Sequence record: OR352947.1
Length of the DNA: 64,000 nt
Strand: one strand, 5' to 3'
Source of the DNA: Escherichia phage AV117
The notes beneath the pieces are model-generated. The model had not been told where the DNA came from, ran no database searches, and worked only from the letters and a program-made list of their open reading frames with translations. How positions within the stretch are numbered: position 1 is the first letter of the stretch; the number at the start of each line of letters is the position of its first letter. The translations under genes were made by a program, and so were the position numbers. Below are positions 1 through 13,190 of this stretch, one piece after another.

Positions 1-2317
<2,317 letters not shown>

Positions 2318-2344
2318 AAATAAAGCAAATTAAGAGGAATTAAA

Positions 2345-4327
2345 ATGTCACTTCTCTCTCCGGGCGTTGAGCTCAAAGAAACTACCGTACAGAGTACTGT
2401 AGTTAATAACTCCACTGGTACTGCTGCCCTGGCTGGAAAATTCCAATGGGGACCTGCATTCCAGATTAAACAAATCACTGATGAAGTTGCATTAGTTGAT
2501 ATGTTTGGTACTCCTAATACAGATACAGCAGATTATTTCATGTCTGCTATGAACTTCCTTCAATATGGTAATGACCTTCGTGTTGTACGCGCAGTTGATC
2601 GTGATACCGCTAAGAACTCATCTCCTGTAGCAGGCAATATTGAATTCACAATCTCTGCTGCTGGTAGTAACTATGCGGTTGGTGATAAAATTATCGTTAA
2701 GTATTTGACCGAAACTGTTGAAGCAGATGGTTATGTCACTTCAGTTGATGTCGATGGTAAAATTCTTAACGTTTATATCCCAACCGGTAAAATTATTGCT
2801 CGTGCAAAAGAAATTAATGAATATCCTGCATTGGGTTCTAACTGGACCGCCGAAGTTGCCAGTTCTTCTTCTGGACTCTCCGGCGTTATTACAATTGGTT
2901 CTATCGTAACTGATTCTGGTATTCTGTTAACTGAAGTTGAAACTTCTGAAGAAGCTATTACTTCTGTAACTTTCCAAGAATCTATTAAAAAATATGGTGT
3001 CCCAGGTGTAGTTGCTCTTTATCCTGGTGAACTTGGCGACCAGCTCGAAATTGAAATCGTATCTAAAGCAGACTATGACAAAGGTGCTTCAGCCCAGTTA
3101 AAAATTTATCCTGATGGTGGTACTCGTGCATCTACGGCTAAAGCAATCTTTGGGTATGGCCCACAAACTGATGACCAATATGCAATTATCGTTCGTCGTA
3201 ACGATGCTGTAGTTCAGAGCGTAATTCTTTCTACTAAACGCGGTGAACGCGATATTTATGGTAGTAATATCTTTATTGATGATTTCTTTGCTAAAGGCGC
3301 AAGCAATTATATTTTCGCTACTGCACAAGGTTGGCCAAAAGGTTTCTCTGGCGTAATCAAACTGGGTGGTGGCTTATCATCCAATGAAACGGTTGACGCT
3401 GGTGATTTAATGGAAGCTTGGGATTTGTTTGCCGACCGCGAATCTGTTAATGCGCAGTTGTTTATTGCCGGTTCTTGTGCAGGTGAATCTTTAGAAGTTG
3501 CTTCTACAGTTCAGAAACATGTTGTAGCAATTGGTGATTCTCGCCAAGATTGCTTGGTTCTTTGCTCACCGCCACGTGCAACTATAGTCGGTATTCCTGT
3601 TAATCGTGCAGTTGATAATCTGGTTGATTGGCGTACTGCGTCAGGAACTTACACTGATAATAACTTTAATGTAAGTTCTACTTATGCTGCTATTGACGGC
3701 AACTATAAATATCAATATGACAAATATAATGATGTGAATCGTTGGGTTCCATTAGCTGCTGATATCGCTGGTCTTTGTGCTCGTACAGACAATATTTCTC
3801 AGCCTTGGATGTCTCCTGCTGGTTATAACCGTGGACAAATTCTTAACGTTATTAAGCTTGCAATTGAAACTCGCCAACCACAGCGTGATCGTTTGTATCA
3901 GGAAGCTATTAACCCTGTTACTGGTACCGGTGGTGATGGGTATGTTCTGTATGGTGATAAAACTGCTACTTCCGTTCCTTCACCATTTGACCGTATTAAC
4001 GTTCGTCGTTTGTTCAATATGGTTAAAACGAACATTGGTTCAGCATCTAAATATCGCCTGTTTGAATTGAACAACGCATTTACCCGTTCTTCTTTCCGTA
4101 CAGAGACTTCTCAGTATCTACAGGGTATTAAAGCTCTCGGTGGTGTATATAACTTTAAAGTTGTTTGTGATACTACCAATAACACACCAGCAGTTATCGA
4201 CCGTAATGAATTTGTAGCTACTTTCTACTTACAACCTGCCCGCTCGATAAATTATATTACGTTGAACTTTGTAGCAACAGCAACTGGTGCCGATTTCGAC
4301 GAACTAATTGGTGCTGTAGGTGGTTAA
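2345..4327 (+). CDS. 18: tail sheath protein
   Basis: 660 aa ORF after gene 17 with TATAAATA upstream; T4 gp18 length and position. Confidence 0.93.
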   Translation: MSLLSPGVELKETTVQSTVVNNSTGTAALAGKFQWGPAFQIKQITDEVALVDMFGTPNTDTADYFMSAMNFLQYGNDLRVVRAVDRDTAKNSSPVAGNIEFTISAAGSNYAVGDKIIVKYLTETVEADGYVTSVDVDGKILNVYIPTGKIIARAKEINEYPALGSNWTAEVASSSSGLSGVITIGSIVTDSGILLTEVETSEEAITSVTFQESIKKYGVPGVVALYPGELGDQLEIEIVSKADYDKGASAQLKIYPDGGTRASTAKAIFGYGPQTDDQYAIIVRRNDAVVQSVILSTKRGERDIYGSNIFIDDFFAKGASNYIFATAQGWPKGFSGVIKLGGGLSSNETVDAGDLMEAWDLFADRESVNAQLFIAGSCAGESLEVASTVQKHVVAIGDSRQDCLVLCSPPRATIVGIPVNRAVDNLVDWRTASGTYTDNNFNVSSTYAAIDGNYKYQYDKYNDVNRWVPLAADIAGLCARTDNISQPWMSPAGYNRGQILNVIKLAIETRQPQRDRLYQEAINPVTGTGGDGYVLYGDKTATSVPSPFDRINVRRLFNMVKTNIGSASKYRLFELNNAFTRSSFRTETSQYLQGIKALGGVYNFKVVCDTTNNTPAVIDRNEFVATFYLQPARSINYITLNFVATATGADFDELIGAVGG

Positions 4328-4338
4328 TAAGACACCTG

Positions 4339-4360
4339 ATGGGCTATTTCGGTAGCCCAT
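4339..4360 (+). terminator. stem-loop after gene 18
   Basis: ATGGGCTA-tttcgg-TAGCCCAT 8-bp stem, no clear U-run. Confidence 0.35.
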
Positions 4361-4367
4361 ATAAATA
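4360..4367 (+). promoter_or_regulatory. late promoter motif upstream of gene 19
   Basis: exact TATAAATA about 75 nt before the gene 19 ATG, just after a stem-loop. Confidence 0.6.
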
Positions 4368-4440
4368 TAGCTATATCGTTTAAAAATTAATTCTATGGGC
4401 ATCTGGTTAATCCTAAGCCCATATTACTACAGAGGCTAAT

Positions 4441-4932
4441 ATGTTTGTAGATGACGTAACTCGTGCCTTCGAATCAGGTGATTTCGCTCGCCCTAACCTG
4501 TTCGAAGTAGAAATCTCTTATCTTGGGCAAAACTTTAGCTTCCAGTGTCGTGCTACGGCTCTTCCTGCTGCGATCGTTGAAAAGGTTCCTGTTTCTTATA
4601 TGAACCGTAAAATTAACGTGGCTGGTGATCGTACATTCGATGATTGGACTATTACAGTAATGAACGATGATGCTCATAGCATTCGTCAGAAATTTGTTGA
4701 TTGGCAAGGTATTGCAGCAGGACAAGGTAATGAAATTACCGGTGGTAAACCTGCTGAATATAAAAAGACTGCTATCGTTCGTCAATTTGCTCGCGATGCT
4801 AAAACGGTCACTAAAGAAGTTGAAATTGTTGGCTTGTGGCCTACTAACGTTGGTGAAGTATCTCTTGACTGGGACAGCAATAACGAGATTGAAACGTTCG
4901 AAGTAACTCTTGCTCTTGATTGGTGGGAATAA
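4441..4932 (+). CDS. 19: tail tube protein
   Basis: 163 aa, T4 gp19 size and synteny, late promoter motif upstream. Confidence 0.9.
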   Translation: MFVDDVTRAFESGDFARPNLFEVEISYLGQNFSFQCRATALPAAIVEKVPVSYMNRKINVAGDRTFDDWTITVMNDDAHSIRQKFVDWQGIAAGQGNEITGGKPAEYKKTAIVRQFARDAKTVTKEVEIVGLWPTNVGEVSLDWDSNNEIETFEVTLALDWWE

Positions 4933-4938
4933 TCTGGT

Positions 4939-4954
4939 TGGGGAGAAATCCCCA
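4939..4954 (+). terminator. stem-loop after gene 19
   Basis: TGGGGA-GAAA-TCCCCA just after the gene 19 stop. Confidence 0.4.
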
Positions 4955-4980
4955 GCTTCCCGTGATGACGGAGAAGTCCA

Positions 4981-4988
4981 TATAAATA
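4981..4988 (+). promoter_or_regulatory. late promoter motif upstream of gene 20
   Basis: exact TATAAATA about 30 nt before the ATG. Confidence 0.6.
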
Positions 4989-5016
4989 TAACTATAATTC
5001 CCATTCGGAGAATACA

Positions 5017-6588
5017 ATGAAATTTAATATCTTAAGTTTGTTTGCTCCATGGGCAAAAATGGACGAACGTGATTACAAAGACCAAGAAAAAGAAAATTTA
5101 GAATCTATCACCACACCAAAATTGGACGATGGTGCTAAAGAATATGAAGTATCTGAAAATGAAGCACAGCAAACATATAATGCTATGTTTCAGAGAATGT
5201 TCGGTAGTCAAGAACCAGGGCTCAAATCAACCCGTGAATTAATCGATACGTATCGAAATTTGATGACGAACTATGAAGTGGATAACGCGGTCTCTGAAAT
5301 AGTTTCCGATGCTATCGTGTATGAAGATGATACAGAAGTCGTTTCTATAAATTTAGACAACACAAAATTTAGTCCAAATATCAAATCAATGATGTTGGAT
5401 GAATTTAACGAAGTGTTAAATCATTTATCTTTCCAACGTAAAGGTTCAGATCATTTTAGACGTTGGTATGTGGATTCTCGAATTTTCTTCCATAAAATTA
5501 TTGACCCTAAACGCCCTAAAGAAGGTATTAAAGAGCTTCGTCGTTTAGACCCACGTCAAGTTCAATATGTCCGTGAAGTTATTACAACCACTGAAGCCGG
5601 TGTTAAAATAGTCAAGGGTTATAAAGAATATTTCATTTATGACACATCACACGAATCTTATGCTTGTGATGGTCGCATATATGAAGCTGGCACAAAAATA
5701 AAAATCCCTAAAGCCGCGATTGTTTATGCCCATTCTGGTTTAGTTGATTGTTGTGGTAAAAATATCATCGGTTATTTGCATCGGGCTATTAAGCCAGCGA
5801 ACCAATTAAAACTTCTTGAAGATGCCGTTATAATTTATCGTATTACTCGTGCTCCCGATCGTCGTGTATGGTACGTTGATACAGGTAATATGCCTTCAAG
5901 AAAAGCAGCAGAACATATGCAACATGTTATGAATACGATGAAAAACCGTATTGCGTATGATGCTACTACAGGCAAGATTAAAAACCAGCAGCATATTATG
6001 TCGATGACCGAAGATTATTGGTTACAACGACGTGATGGTAAAGCAGTAACAGAAGTTGACACATTACCAGGTGCAGATAATACTGGAAACATGGAAGATG
6101 TACGTTGGTTCCGTAATGCGCTTTATATGGCTTTACGTATTCCTATTACCCGTATTCCAAGTGACCAAGGTGGTATACAGTTTGATGCTGGTACTTCTAT
6201 TACACGAGATGAATTGTCGTTTGGTAAATTTATTCGTGAGCTGCAACATAAATTTGAAGAGATATTCCTAGACCCGCTTAAAACTAATTTAATTCTTAAA
6301 GGAATTATTACAGAAGATGAGTGGAATGATGAAATAAATAATATTAAGATAAAATTTCATCGGGATAGTTATTTCTCGGAATTAAAGGATGCTGAGATTC
6401 TGGAGCGTCGCATTAATATGCTTCAGATGGCCGAACCATTTATTGGTAAATATATTTCTCACAGAACAGCTATGAAAGATATTCTTCAGATGTCTGACGA
6501 GGAAATTGAACAAGAGGCTAAGCAAATTGAAGAAGAGTCGAAAGAGGCTCGTTTCCAAGACCCCGACCAAGAACAAGAGGATTTTTAA
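5017..6588 (+). CDS. 20: portal vertex protein
   Basis: 523 aa; N-terminus [18 protein letters not shown] and acidic C-terminus as in T4 gp20. Confidence 0.93.
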   Translation: MKFNILSLFAPWAKMDERDYKDQEKENLESITTPKLDDGAKEYEVSENEAQQTYNAMFQRMFGSQEPGLKSTRELIDTYRNLMTNYEVDNAVSEIVSDAIVYEDDTEVVSINLDNTKFSPNIKSMMLDEFNEVLNHLSFQRKGSDHFRRWYVDSRIFFHKIIDPKRPKEGIKELRRLDPRQVQYVREVITTTEAGVKIVKGYKEYFIYDTSHESYACDGRIYEAGTKIKIPKAAIVYAHSGLVDCCGKNIIGYLHRAIKPANQLKLLEDAVIIYRITRAPDRRVWYVDTGNMPSRKAAEHMQHVMNTMKNRIAYDATTGKIKNQQHIMSMTEDYWLQRRDGKAVTEVDTLPGADNTGNMEDVRWFRNALYMALRIPITRIPSDQGGIQFDAGTSITRDELSFGKFIRELQHKFEEIFLDPLKTNLILKGIITEDEWNDEINNIKIKFHRDSYFSELKDAEILERRINMLQMAEPFIGKYISHRTAMKDILQMSDEEIEQEAKQIEEESKEARFQDPDQEQEDF

Positions 6589-6827
6589 TGGACGATTTAA
6601 TTCAAGCTATTAAATCAAACGACCTCGTTGCTACTCGAAAGTTTTTTGAAAGTGCAATGGCAGAAAAAACGGTTCGTTTGATTGAAGCACGCAAAGCAGA
6701 AATCGCTTCTCAATTTTTGATTGAAGGCGAAGAACCTGAAGAAGAAGAAAAGAAAGCTAAAGCTTCGGAAGACGACGCTGATGAAGGCGATGACGACGAA
6801 GACGACGCTGATGAGGACGATGAATAA
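6588..6827 (+). CDS. 67: prohead core protein with poly-acidic C-terminus
   Basis: 79 aa, D/E-rich tail, ATGA overlap with gene 20 stop; T4 gp67 position. Confidence 0.8.
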   Translation: MDDLIQAIKSNDLVATRKFFESAMAEKTVRLIEARKAEIASQFLIEGEEPEEEEKKAKASEDDADEGDDDEDDADEDDE

Positions 6828-7252
6828 TGTATCTTATCCCTGAATCTTATGAATTGGTACTCGAAAATGTCGAAGCACTTATTCCTGAAGCACAGGGCCG
6901 AATCGATGCATTGTCTTCTGCTCTCGATATTGACGATATAAATACTATTATCGAGAACATGCTTGAAACTGAAACGGATTTAGCTGTTGCAATGGCTTCC
7001 ATTATTAATGAAGAACAGTTAAATGAGTTTATCGTTAAACATGTTTCTTCTCGTGGTGAAGTCACCCGCACTAAAGACCGTAAAACTCGTGAACGTAACG
7101 CGTTCCAAACAACTGGTCTTTCTAAAGCAAAACGTAGACAAATCGCTCGTAAGGTCGTTAAAGCTAAAAAAGCTAACCCTTCAGGCCAAGTTAAAGGCTT
7201 GCGTAAGCGTAAAAAAGCTCTTAAACGTCGTAAAGCATTAGGATTAAGCTAA
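6827..7252 (+). CDS. 68: prohead core protein
   Basis: 141 aa, basic C-terminus, synteny between 67 and 21. Confidence 0.8.
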   Translation: MYLIPESYELVLENVEALIPEAQGRIDALSSALDIDDINTIIENMLETETDLAVAMASIINEEQLNEFIVKHVSSRGEVTRTKDRKTRERNAFQTTGLSKAKRRQIARKVVKAKKANPSGQVKGLRKRKKALKRRKALGLS

Positions 7253-7899
7253 TGAATAAACCCGAGTTACTTATTGAAACTTGGGGTCAACCCGGTGAGA
7301 TTATTGATGGCGTTCCAATGTTGGAATCTCATGATGGAAAAGATTCTGGCTTAAAACCAGGGCTTTATATAGAAGGTATTTTTCTTCAGGCAGAGGTTGT
7401 TAACCGAAATAAACGTTTATATCCTAAACGCGTTTTGGAAAAAGCAGTAAGTGACTATATTAAAGAACAAGTCGAAACCAAACAAGCCCTTGGAGAATTA
7501 AACCATCCACCTCGTGCAAATGTTGACCCTATGCAAGCCGCTATCATTATTGAAGATATGTGGTGGAAAGGAAACGATGTATATGGACGTGCTAGAATTA
7601 TTGAAGGCGACCATGGTCCCGGCGATAAATTAGCTGCTAATATACGAGCTGGTTGGATTCCAGGTGTTTCCTCTCGTGGTCTTGGTTCTTTAACCGACAC
7701 CAATAAAGGGTACCGTATCGTGAACGAAGGATTTAAATTAACCGTCGGCGTAGATGCCGTATGGGGACCTTCTGCTCCAGATGCTTGGGTTACTCCTAAA
7801 CAAATATCAGAATCAGAATCAGAAAATTCGGTGGAAACCACCAAAAACAGTGCTGATGAAGCATTTAAAGCTCTCGCAGAGAGTTTAAAAGCATTATAA
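7252..7899 (+). CDS. 21: prohead core scaffold protease
   Basis: 215 aa, position and size of T4 gp21. Confidence 0.88.
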   Translation: MNKPELLIETWGQPGEIIDGVPMLESHDGKDSGLKPGLYIEGIFLQAEVVNRNKRLYPKRVLEKAVSDYIKEQVETKQALGELNHPPRANVDPMQAAIIIEDMWWKGNDVYGRARIIEGDHGPGDKLAANIRAGWIPGVSSRGLGSLTDTNKGYRIVNEGFKLTVGVDAVWGPSAPDAWVTPKQISESESENSVETTKNSADEAFKALAESLKAL

Positions 7900-7902
7900 A
7901 TA
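7895..7902 (+). promoter_or_regulatory. late promoter motif upstream of gene 22
   Basis: exact TATAAATA overlapping the gene 21 stop. Confidence 0.6.
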
Positions 7903-7932
7903 ATAATGTAATCTAAACCACAGGACACTAAA

Positions 7933-8745
7933 ATGATCAAAGAACAACTTTTGAAAGAAGCTCAAAACATCGAGACTTCAGTTGCTCTTAATAGTGTTTT
8001 CGAATCAGTAGAACTGTCTCCGGACGTTAAAGCTAATTTCAGCACTGTATTCGAAGCCACCGTTAAGCAGGAAGCAGTCAAACTGGCTGAATCTCATATC
8101 AAAGCCATCGCCGAAAAGGCCGAAGAAGAAGTTGAAAAGGCCAAAGAAGATGCTGAAGAGAAAGCTGATAAAAAATTGGCTGAACAAGCTTCTAAATTCC
8201 TAGACCATCTTGCAAAAGAATGGCTCGCAGAAAACCAAATCGCAGTTGATAAAGGCATTAAAGCTGATTTGTTCGAATCCATGCTTGGTGGTCTGAAAGA
8301 ACTGTTTGTTGAACATAACGTTGTTGTTCCAGAAGAATCTGTAGATGTTGTAGCAGAAATGGAAGAAGAGCTGGCCGAACATAAAGAAGAAACCGCTCGT
8401 TTGTTCGAAGAAGTTACCAAACGTGATGCATATATCAATTACGTTCAGCGTGAAACCGCTATTAATGAAAGCGTAAAAGACCTGACTGAATCTCAGAAAG
8501 AAAAAGTTATTGGCCTGGTTGAAGGTATGGATTATTCTGACGCATTTGGTACTAAGTTAACTGCTATTGTAGAAATGGTTAAAGGTTCTACTAAAGAAGA
8601 AGCCGCTATTACCGAAAGTATAAATACAGTTGACAATGACGCTGCCGGTCTTAATTTTGTTGCCGAAGCAGTTGACACTACCACAACTCAGGTAGAACAG
8701 AATTCTAATGTAAGTTTATATGCGAAAGTCGCATCTCGTTTCTAA
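7933..8745 (+). CDS. 22: prohead core scaffold protein
   Basis: 270 aa, E/K-rich coiled-coil-like, T4 gp22 position. Confidence 0.88.
   Translation: MIKEQLLKEAQNIETSVALNSVFESVELSPDVKANFSTVFEATVKQEAVKLAESHIKAIAEKAEEEVEKAKEDAEEKADKKLAEQASKFLDHLAKEWLAENQIAVDKGIKADLFESMLGGLKELFVEHNVVVPEESVDVVAEMEEELAEHKEETARLFEEVTKRDAYINYVQRETAINESVKDLTESQKEKVIGLVEGMDYSDAFGTKLTAIVEMVKGSTKEEAAITESINTVDNDAAGLNFVAEAVDTTTTQVEQNSNVSLYAKVASRF
8619..8626 (+). promoter_or_regulatory. candidate late promoter for gene 23 inside the 3' end of gene 22
   Basis: exact TATAAATA about 140 nt upstream of the gene 23 ATG; none closer. Confidence 0.4.
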
Positions 8746-8762
8746 TTTAAAGGTTAACACAA

Positions 8763-10331
8763 ATGACTACTATCAAAACTAAAGCTCAGCTCGTAGACAA
8801 ATGGAAAGAACTGCTGGAAGGTGAAGGCCTGCCGGAAATCGCTAATAGCAAGCAGGCTATTATCGCTAAAATCTTCGAAAACCAGGAAAAAGATTTCGAA
8901 GTATCCCCTGAATATAAAGACGAGAAAATCGCTCAGGCATTTGGTTCTTTCTTGACCGAAGCTGAAATTGGTGGTGACCACGGTTATAATGCTCAGAACA
9001 TCGCAGCAGGTCAAACCTCTGGTGCAGTAACCCAGATCGGGCCGGCAGTTATGGGTATGGTTCGTCGTGCTATTCCTAATCTGATCGCTTTTGATATTTG
9101 TGGTGTTCAGCCTATGAACAGCCCTACCGGTCAGGTATTTGCTCTCCGTGCGGTATATGGTAAAGACCCTATCGCTGCTGGCGCTAAAGAAGCTTTCCAT
9201 CCGATGTATGCTCCAGATGCAATGTTCTCTGGTCAGGGTGCTGCTAAGAAATTCCCAGCTCTGGCTGCTGACACTACTACTGTTGTAGGTGATATCTATA
9301 CTCACTTCTTCCAAGAAACTGGTACTGTATATCTGCAAGCTTCTGCTGTCGTAACACTTGATTCTGGTGCAACCGATGCAGCTAAATTAGATGCAGAAGT
9401 TAAGAAACAAATGGAAGCTGGTGCACTGGTAGAAATCGCTGAAGGTATGGCTACTTCTATCGCTGAACTTCAGGAAGGTTTCAACGGTTCTACCGACAAC
9501 CCATGGAACGAAATGGGCTTCCGTATCGATAAACAAGTTATTGAAGCTAAATCTCGCCAGCTGAAAGCTGCTTACTCTATCGAATTAGCACAAGACCTCC
9601 GTGCAGTACACGGTATGGATGCTGATGCTGAACTGAGCGGTATTCTGGCTACAGAAATTATGCTAGAAATCAACCGTGAAGTTGTTGATTGGATTAACTA
9701 CTCAGCACAGGTTGGTAAATCTGGTATGACCCTGACTCCGGGTTCTAAAGCCGGTGTATTTGACTTCCAGGACCCGATTGATATCCGTGGTGCTCGTTGG
9801 GCCGGTGAAAGCTTTAAATCTCTGTTGTTCCAGATTGATAAAGAAGCAGTTGAAATTGCTCGTCAAACCGGTCGTGGTGAAGGTAACTTCATTATCGCTT
9901 CCCGTAACGTAGTTAACGTACTGGCTTCAGTTGATACTGGTATTTCTTACGCTGCACAGGGTCTGGCTTCTGGTTTTAATACCGACACTACTAAGTCTGT
10001 ATTTGCCGGTGTACTTGGTGGTAAATACCGTGTATACATCGACCAGTATGCTAAACAGGATTACTTCACCGTTGGTTACAAAGGCGCTAACGAAATGGAT
10101 GCAGGTATTTACTATGCTCCTTACGTTGCACTTACCCCACTGCGTGGTTCCGATCCTAAGAACTTCCAGCCGGTAATGGGCTTTAAAACTCGTTACGGTA
10201 TCGGTGTTAACCCGTTTGCTGAAAGTTCCCTGCAGGCTCCAGGTGCTCGCATCCAGTCCGGTATGCCGTCTATCCTGAACAGCCTTGGTAAGAACGCTTA
10301 CTTCCGCCGTGTATATGTAAAAGGCATCTAA
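8763..10331 (+). CDS. 23: major capsid protein
   Basis: 522 aa, T4 gp23 length and synteny; followed by strong hairpin terminator. Confidence 0.96.
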   Translation: MTTIKTKAQLVDKWKELLEGEGLPEIANSKQAIIAKIFENQEKDFEVSPEYKDEKIAQAFGSFLTEAEIGGDHGYNAQNIAAGQTSGAVTQIGPAVMGMVRRAIPNLIAFDICGVQPMNSPTGQVFALRAVYGKDPIAAGAKEAFHPMYAPDAMFSGQGAAKKFPALAADTTTVVGDIYTHFFQETGTVYLQASAVVTLDSGATDAAKLDAEVKKQMEAGALVEIAEGMATSIAELQEGFNGSTDNPWNEMGFRIDKQVIEAKSRQLKAAYSIELAQDLRAVHGMDADAELSGILATEIMLEINREVVDWINYSAQVGKSGMTLTPGSKAGVFDFQDPIDIRGARWAGESFKSLLFQIDKEAVEIARQTGRGEGNFIIASRNVVNVLASVDTGISYAAQGLASGFNTDTTKSVFAGVLGGKYRVYIDQYAKQDYFTVGYKGANEMDAGIYYAPYVALTPLRGSDPKNFQPVMGFKTRYGIGVNPFAESSLQAPGARIQSGMPSILNSLGKNAYFRRVYVKGI

Positions 10332-10355
10332 TCTTAATTGATTAAATCTTATTTT

Positions 10356-10379
10356 GGGAGACTTCGGTCTCCCATTTTT
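10356..10379 (+). terminator. rho-independent terminator after gene 23
   Basis: GGGAGAC-UUCG-GUCUCCC then AUUUUUG. Confidence 0.8.
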
Positions 10380-10383
10380 GGTT

Positions 10384-10653
10384 TTATTTCTGTGCAATTT
10401 CGATGTAAGTTTTCAAAATATTTTGCCAATTAGGCATACCTTCTTGGACATATGCCGGAGAACCATCTTTGTTTTTGAATGACGCAAGTTTATCAGTGGC
10501 CCAATAACCTTTAGCTCGAGCTTCGGAATCAACTTTCATCCATACTTTGTTGAAGGCATTACCATTAACTTTTGCACCATATTTTTCTACTAACTTAACT
10601 GCTTCAGCTTCCAGAACTTTTAAAGTATCTCGTAAGAAACGTGCTTTAGTCAT
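10384..10653 (-). CDS. hypothetical protein, early-type gene at the T4 segD locus
   Basis: 89 aa ORF antisense to the late genes; GAGGAG RBS; GTTTAC/TACTAT promoter-like motifs upstream; no GIY-YIG or HNH motif. Confidence 0.6.
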   Translation of the reverse strand: MTKARFLRDTLKVLEAEAVKLVEKYGAKVNGNAFNKVWMKVDSEARAKGYWATDKLASFKNKDGSPAYVQEGMPNWQNILKTYIEIAQK

Positions 10654-10683
10654 TTTGTTTACTCCTCTGTAGTTGATAAGTCT

Positions 10684-10713
10684 ATAGTATCACATACCAA
10701 ATACGTTGTAAAC
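10684..10713 (-). promoter_or_regulatory. sigma70/T4-early-like promoter for the 10384..10653 gene
   Basis: minus-strand GTTTAC, 18-nt spacer, TACTAT, about 30 nt upstream of the GAGGAG RBS. Confidence 0.45.
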
Positions 10714-10719
10714 AATCTT

Positions 10720-10727
10720 TATAAATA
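10720..10727 (+). promoter_or_regulatory. late promoter motif upstream of gene 24
   Basis: exact TATAAATA about 30 nt before the ATG. Confidence 0.6.
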
Positions 10728-10754
10728 ATCTATATCACATAAGGAAAAAATGCA

Positions 10755-12038
10755 ATGAGTAAAATCCAAAAATTATTGCGTGAATCTACAACGTCTACTA
10801 GCAACTCAATTGGTCGCCCAAATCTCGTTGCTTTGACTCGCGCTACGACTAAATTAATATATTCTGACATTGTAGCAACACAAAGAACTAATCAACCTGT
10901 TGCTGCTTTTTATGGTATCAAATATCTTAACCCAGATAATGAATTCACATTTAAAACTGGTGCTACTTATGCGGGTGAAGTTGGATATGTAGACCGAGAA
11001 AAAATTACTGAGCTCACAGAAGAATCAAAAGTCACACTAAATAAAGGCGATTTTTTCAAATATAATAATATCGTCTATAAAGTGTTAGAAGATACACCAT
11101 TTGCAGATATTCAAGAAAGTGATCTAGAATTAGCTCTTCAGATTGCAGTCGTTCATTTAAAGGTACGGTTATTTTCAGATGCAGCGGTAACAAGCAAATT
11201 TGAAAGCTCTGATAGCGAAATTTCTGATGCAAGATTCCAGATTAATAAATGGCAAACTTCAGTCAAATCTCGTAAACTTAAAACTGGTCTCACGGTTGAA
11301 TTAGCGCAAGATTTGGAAGCGAATGGATTTGATGCCCCTAACTTCTTAGAAGATTTGCTTGCTACTGAAATGGCTGATGAAATTAATAAAGATATTCTTC
11401 AGTCTTTAATTACTGTATCGAAACGTTATAAAGTTACTGGAATTACTGACACCGGATTTATTGACTTGAGCTATGCATCCGCTCCAGAAGCAGGTCGTTC
11501 ATTATATCGAATGGTGTGTGAAATGGTATCACACATTCAAAAAGAGACAACTTATACTGCAACGTTTTGTGTAGCCTCAGCTCGTGCAGCTGCTATTCTT
11601 GCTGCTTCTGGTTGGTTAAAACATAAGCCAGAAGATGACAAGTATCTTTCACAAAATGCTTATGGATTCTTGGCAAATGGATTACCTCTTTACTGCGATA
11701 CCAACAGTCCGTTAGATTATGTTATTGTGGGTGTTGTAGAAAATATCGGCGAAAAAGAAATTGTAGGGTCCATCTTTTATGCTCCATACACTGAAGGAGT
11801 AGATTTAGATGACCCAGAACACGTCGGTGCTTTTAAAGTTGTAGTTGATCCAGAAAGCTTGCAACCGTCTATCGGATTATTGGTTAGATATGCTTTATCA
11901 GCAAATCCTTACACAGTAGCAAAAGACGAAAAAGAAGCGAGAATAATTGATGGTGGGGACATGGATAAAATGGCAGGACGTTCAGACTTGTCTGTTTTAC
12001 TCGGTGTTAAATTGCCTAAAATTATTATAGATGAATAA
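10755..12038 (+). CDS. 24: capsid vertex protein
   Basis: 427 aa, T4 gp24 length, TATAAATA upstream. Confidence 0.93.
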   Translation: MSKIQKLLRESTTSTSNSIGRPNLVALTRATTKLIYSDIVATQRTNQPVAAFYGIKYLNPDNEFTFKTGATYAGEVGYVDREKITELTEESKVTLNKGDFFKYNNIVYKVLEDTPFADIQESDLELALQIAVVHLKVRLFSDAAVTSKFESSDSEISDARFQINKWQTSVKSRKLKTGLTVELAQDLEANGFDAPNFLEDLLATEMADEINKDILQSLITVSKRYKVTGITDTGFIDLSYASAPEAGRSLYRMVCEMVSHIQKETTYTATFCVASARAAAILAASGWLKHKPEDDKYLSQNAYGFLANGLPLYCDTNSPLDYVIVGVVENIGEKEIVGSIFYAPYTEGVDLDDPEHVGAFKVVVDPESLQPSIGLLVRYALSANPYTVAKDEKEARIIDGGDMDKMAGRSDLSVLLGVKLPKIIIDE

Positions 12039-12048
12039 ACAAAAAAAA

Positions 12049-12070
12049 GGGACCGTAAGGTCCCTTTTTT
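12049..12070. terminator. bidirectional terminator between gene 24 and rnlB
   Basis: GGGACC-GUAA-GGUCCC flanked by an A-run upstream and T-run downstream. Confidence 0.7.
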
Positions 12071-12072
12071 CG

Positions 12073-13071
12073 TTATGATGCTAATTCAATCCATGCTGGA
12101 CGCAGAACATCTTGCACCATTCGGACTAATTCTTTCTTAACAAGATTCGGATTATCAGATGACGTTAATACAATACCTTCACGAGAAGTTTCTTCCAGAA
12201 TATCTTGAACAGTCAATCCTACCACTTTGCCAAAATCTTTTGGCGTTACGGTCCCAATCTTAGAAATCACATTATTAACACGATTTAATGTAACATAACA
12301 AGCTAGAACATCAAGCAAGTTTTTGTCATTTTCGGTTAATGGAACCTGAGTTTTAATAGGCTTATCGGACTTTTTCTTTTCACTGAATTTAGAGTTCTTG
12401 CACTTAATAGCTACACGAGTACCGTTTGGCAACCATTTAGGGAAACAAGGCTTCAGAACATAACCTTCTGCTGTATTATCACCAATAACATTAGCATCAA
12501 ATACACAATTATTTGCTTCTACAAGATCTTCTGACGCAGTAGCATTATAAGCGGCTAAGACGGAATCAAGGTCGTTTGGAATCGTGATAAGAGCATCGAA
12601 TGTTCCACGACCGAGCATTGGTGCCATTTTAAAACCGAATTCATTACAGAAATCTTGCATTTCGTAATCGGTCAAATACGTATTATCACCACTTTCTGTA
12701 TTGATAAGGATATCGAACACATAAAAATCTTTTTCACCGTAGTCAACACCTTTCTGGATTCCACCACCAGCGAATTCACCGAATACTTGATATGATACGG
12801 CTCGAGCTGTGTACATGAATTCCTGAACGGCTTTAATAGCTTTATCATACTTCTTGAGTACGATTTCATAGCCATAAAAATCTTCTGCTGGAAGAATAGG
12901 GCCTGTGCGCTTGGCGCATGTGACGTTGTCACGTTCAATTATTAACGAGAAGTTAGTCCCATGGATTTTCTCACGTGCTACCCAAACACCAGTAGTCAAA
13001 CCATTAGTGTAGAGTTTTTCAATAAACTTAGAGTTGTAGTGGTTTTCAAGACTGTTGTATTTCTTAAACAT
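12073..13071 (-). CDS. rnlB: RNA ligase 2
   Basis: 332 aa; N-terminus [21 protein letters not shown] and adenylylation motif KIHGTN. Confidence 0.95.
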   Translation of the reverse strand: MFKKYNSLENHYNSKFIEKLYTNGLTTGVWVAREKIHGTNFSLIIERDNVTCAKRTGPILPAEDFYGYEIVLKKYDKAIKAVQEFMYTARAVSYQVFGEFAGGGIQKGVDYGEKDFYVFDILINTESGDNTYLTDYEMQDFCNEFGFKMAPMLGRGTFDALITIPNDLDSVLAAYNATASEDLVEANNCVFDANVIGDNTAEGYVLKPCFPKWLPNGTRVAIKCKNSKFSEKKKSDKPIKTQVPLTENDKNLLDVLACYVTLNRVNNVISKIGTVTPKDFGKVVGLTVQDILEETSREGIVLTSSDNPNLVKKELVRMVQDVLRPAWIELAS

Positions 13072-13190
13072 AAATCACCATTATAAATAATAATATCAAA
13101 ATAATTAGCAGAGACTCTGTCTCCGACCCGATGTTTAATTTGAATGGATAGAACCTAGATTCATTATACCATCAAAAAATGTAAAGCATA

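Noticed and set aside
4474-5004. 176-aa minus-strand ORF overlapping gene 19
   Set aside because: Antisense to the tail tube gene with no start context; shadow ORF
7455-7940. 161-aa minus-strand ORF overlapping gene 21
   Set aside because: Antisense to the prohead protease gene; shadow ORF
8754-9338. 194-aa minus-strand ORF inside gene 23
   Set aside because: Lies entirely antisense within the highly conserved major capsid gene; no RBS or promoter. Treated as a shadow ORF
13082-13089. Plus-strand TATAAATA upstream of the rnlB start, pointing into minus-strand genes
   Set aside because: No plus-strand gene downstream; roughly 16 such 8-mers are expected by chance in AT-rich DNA of this length
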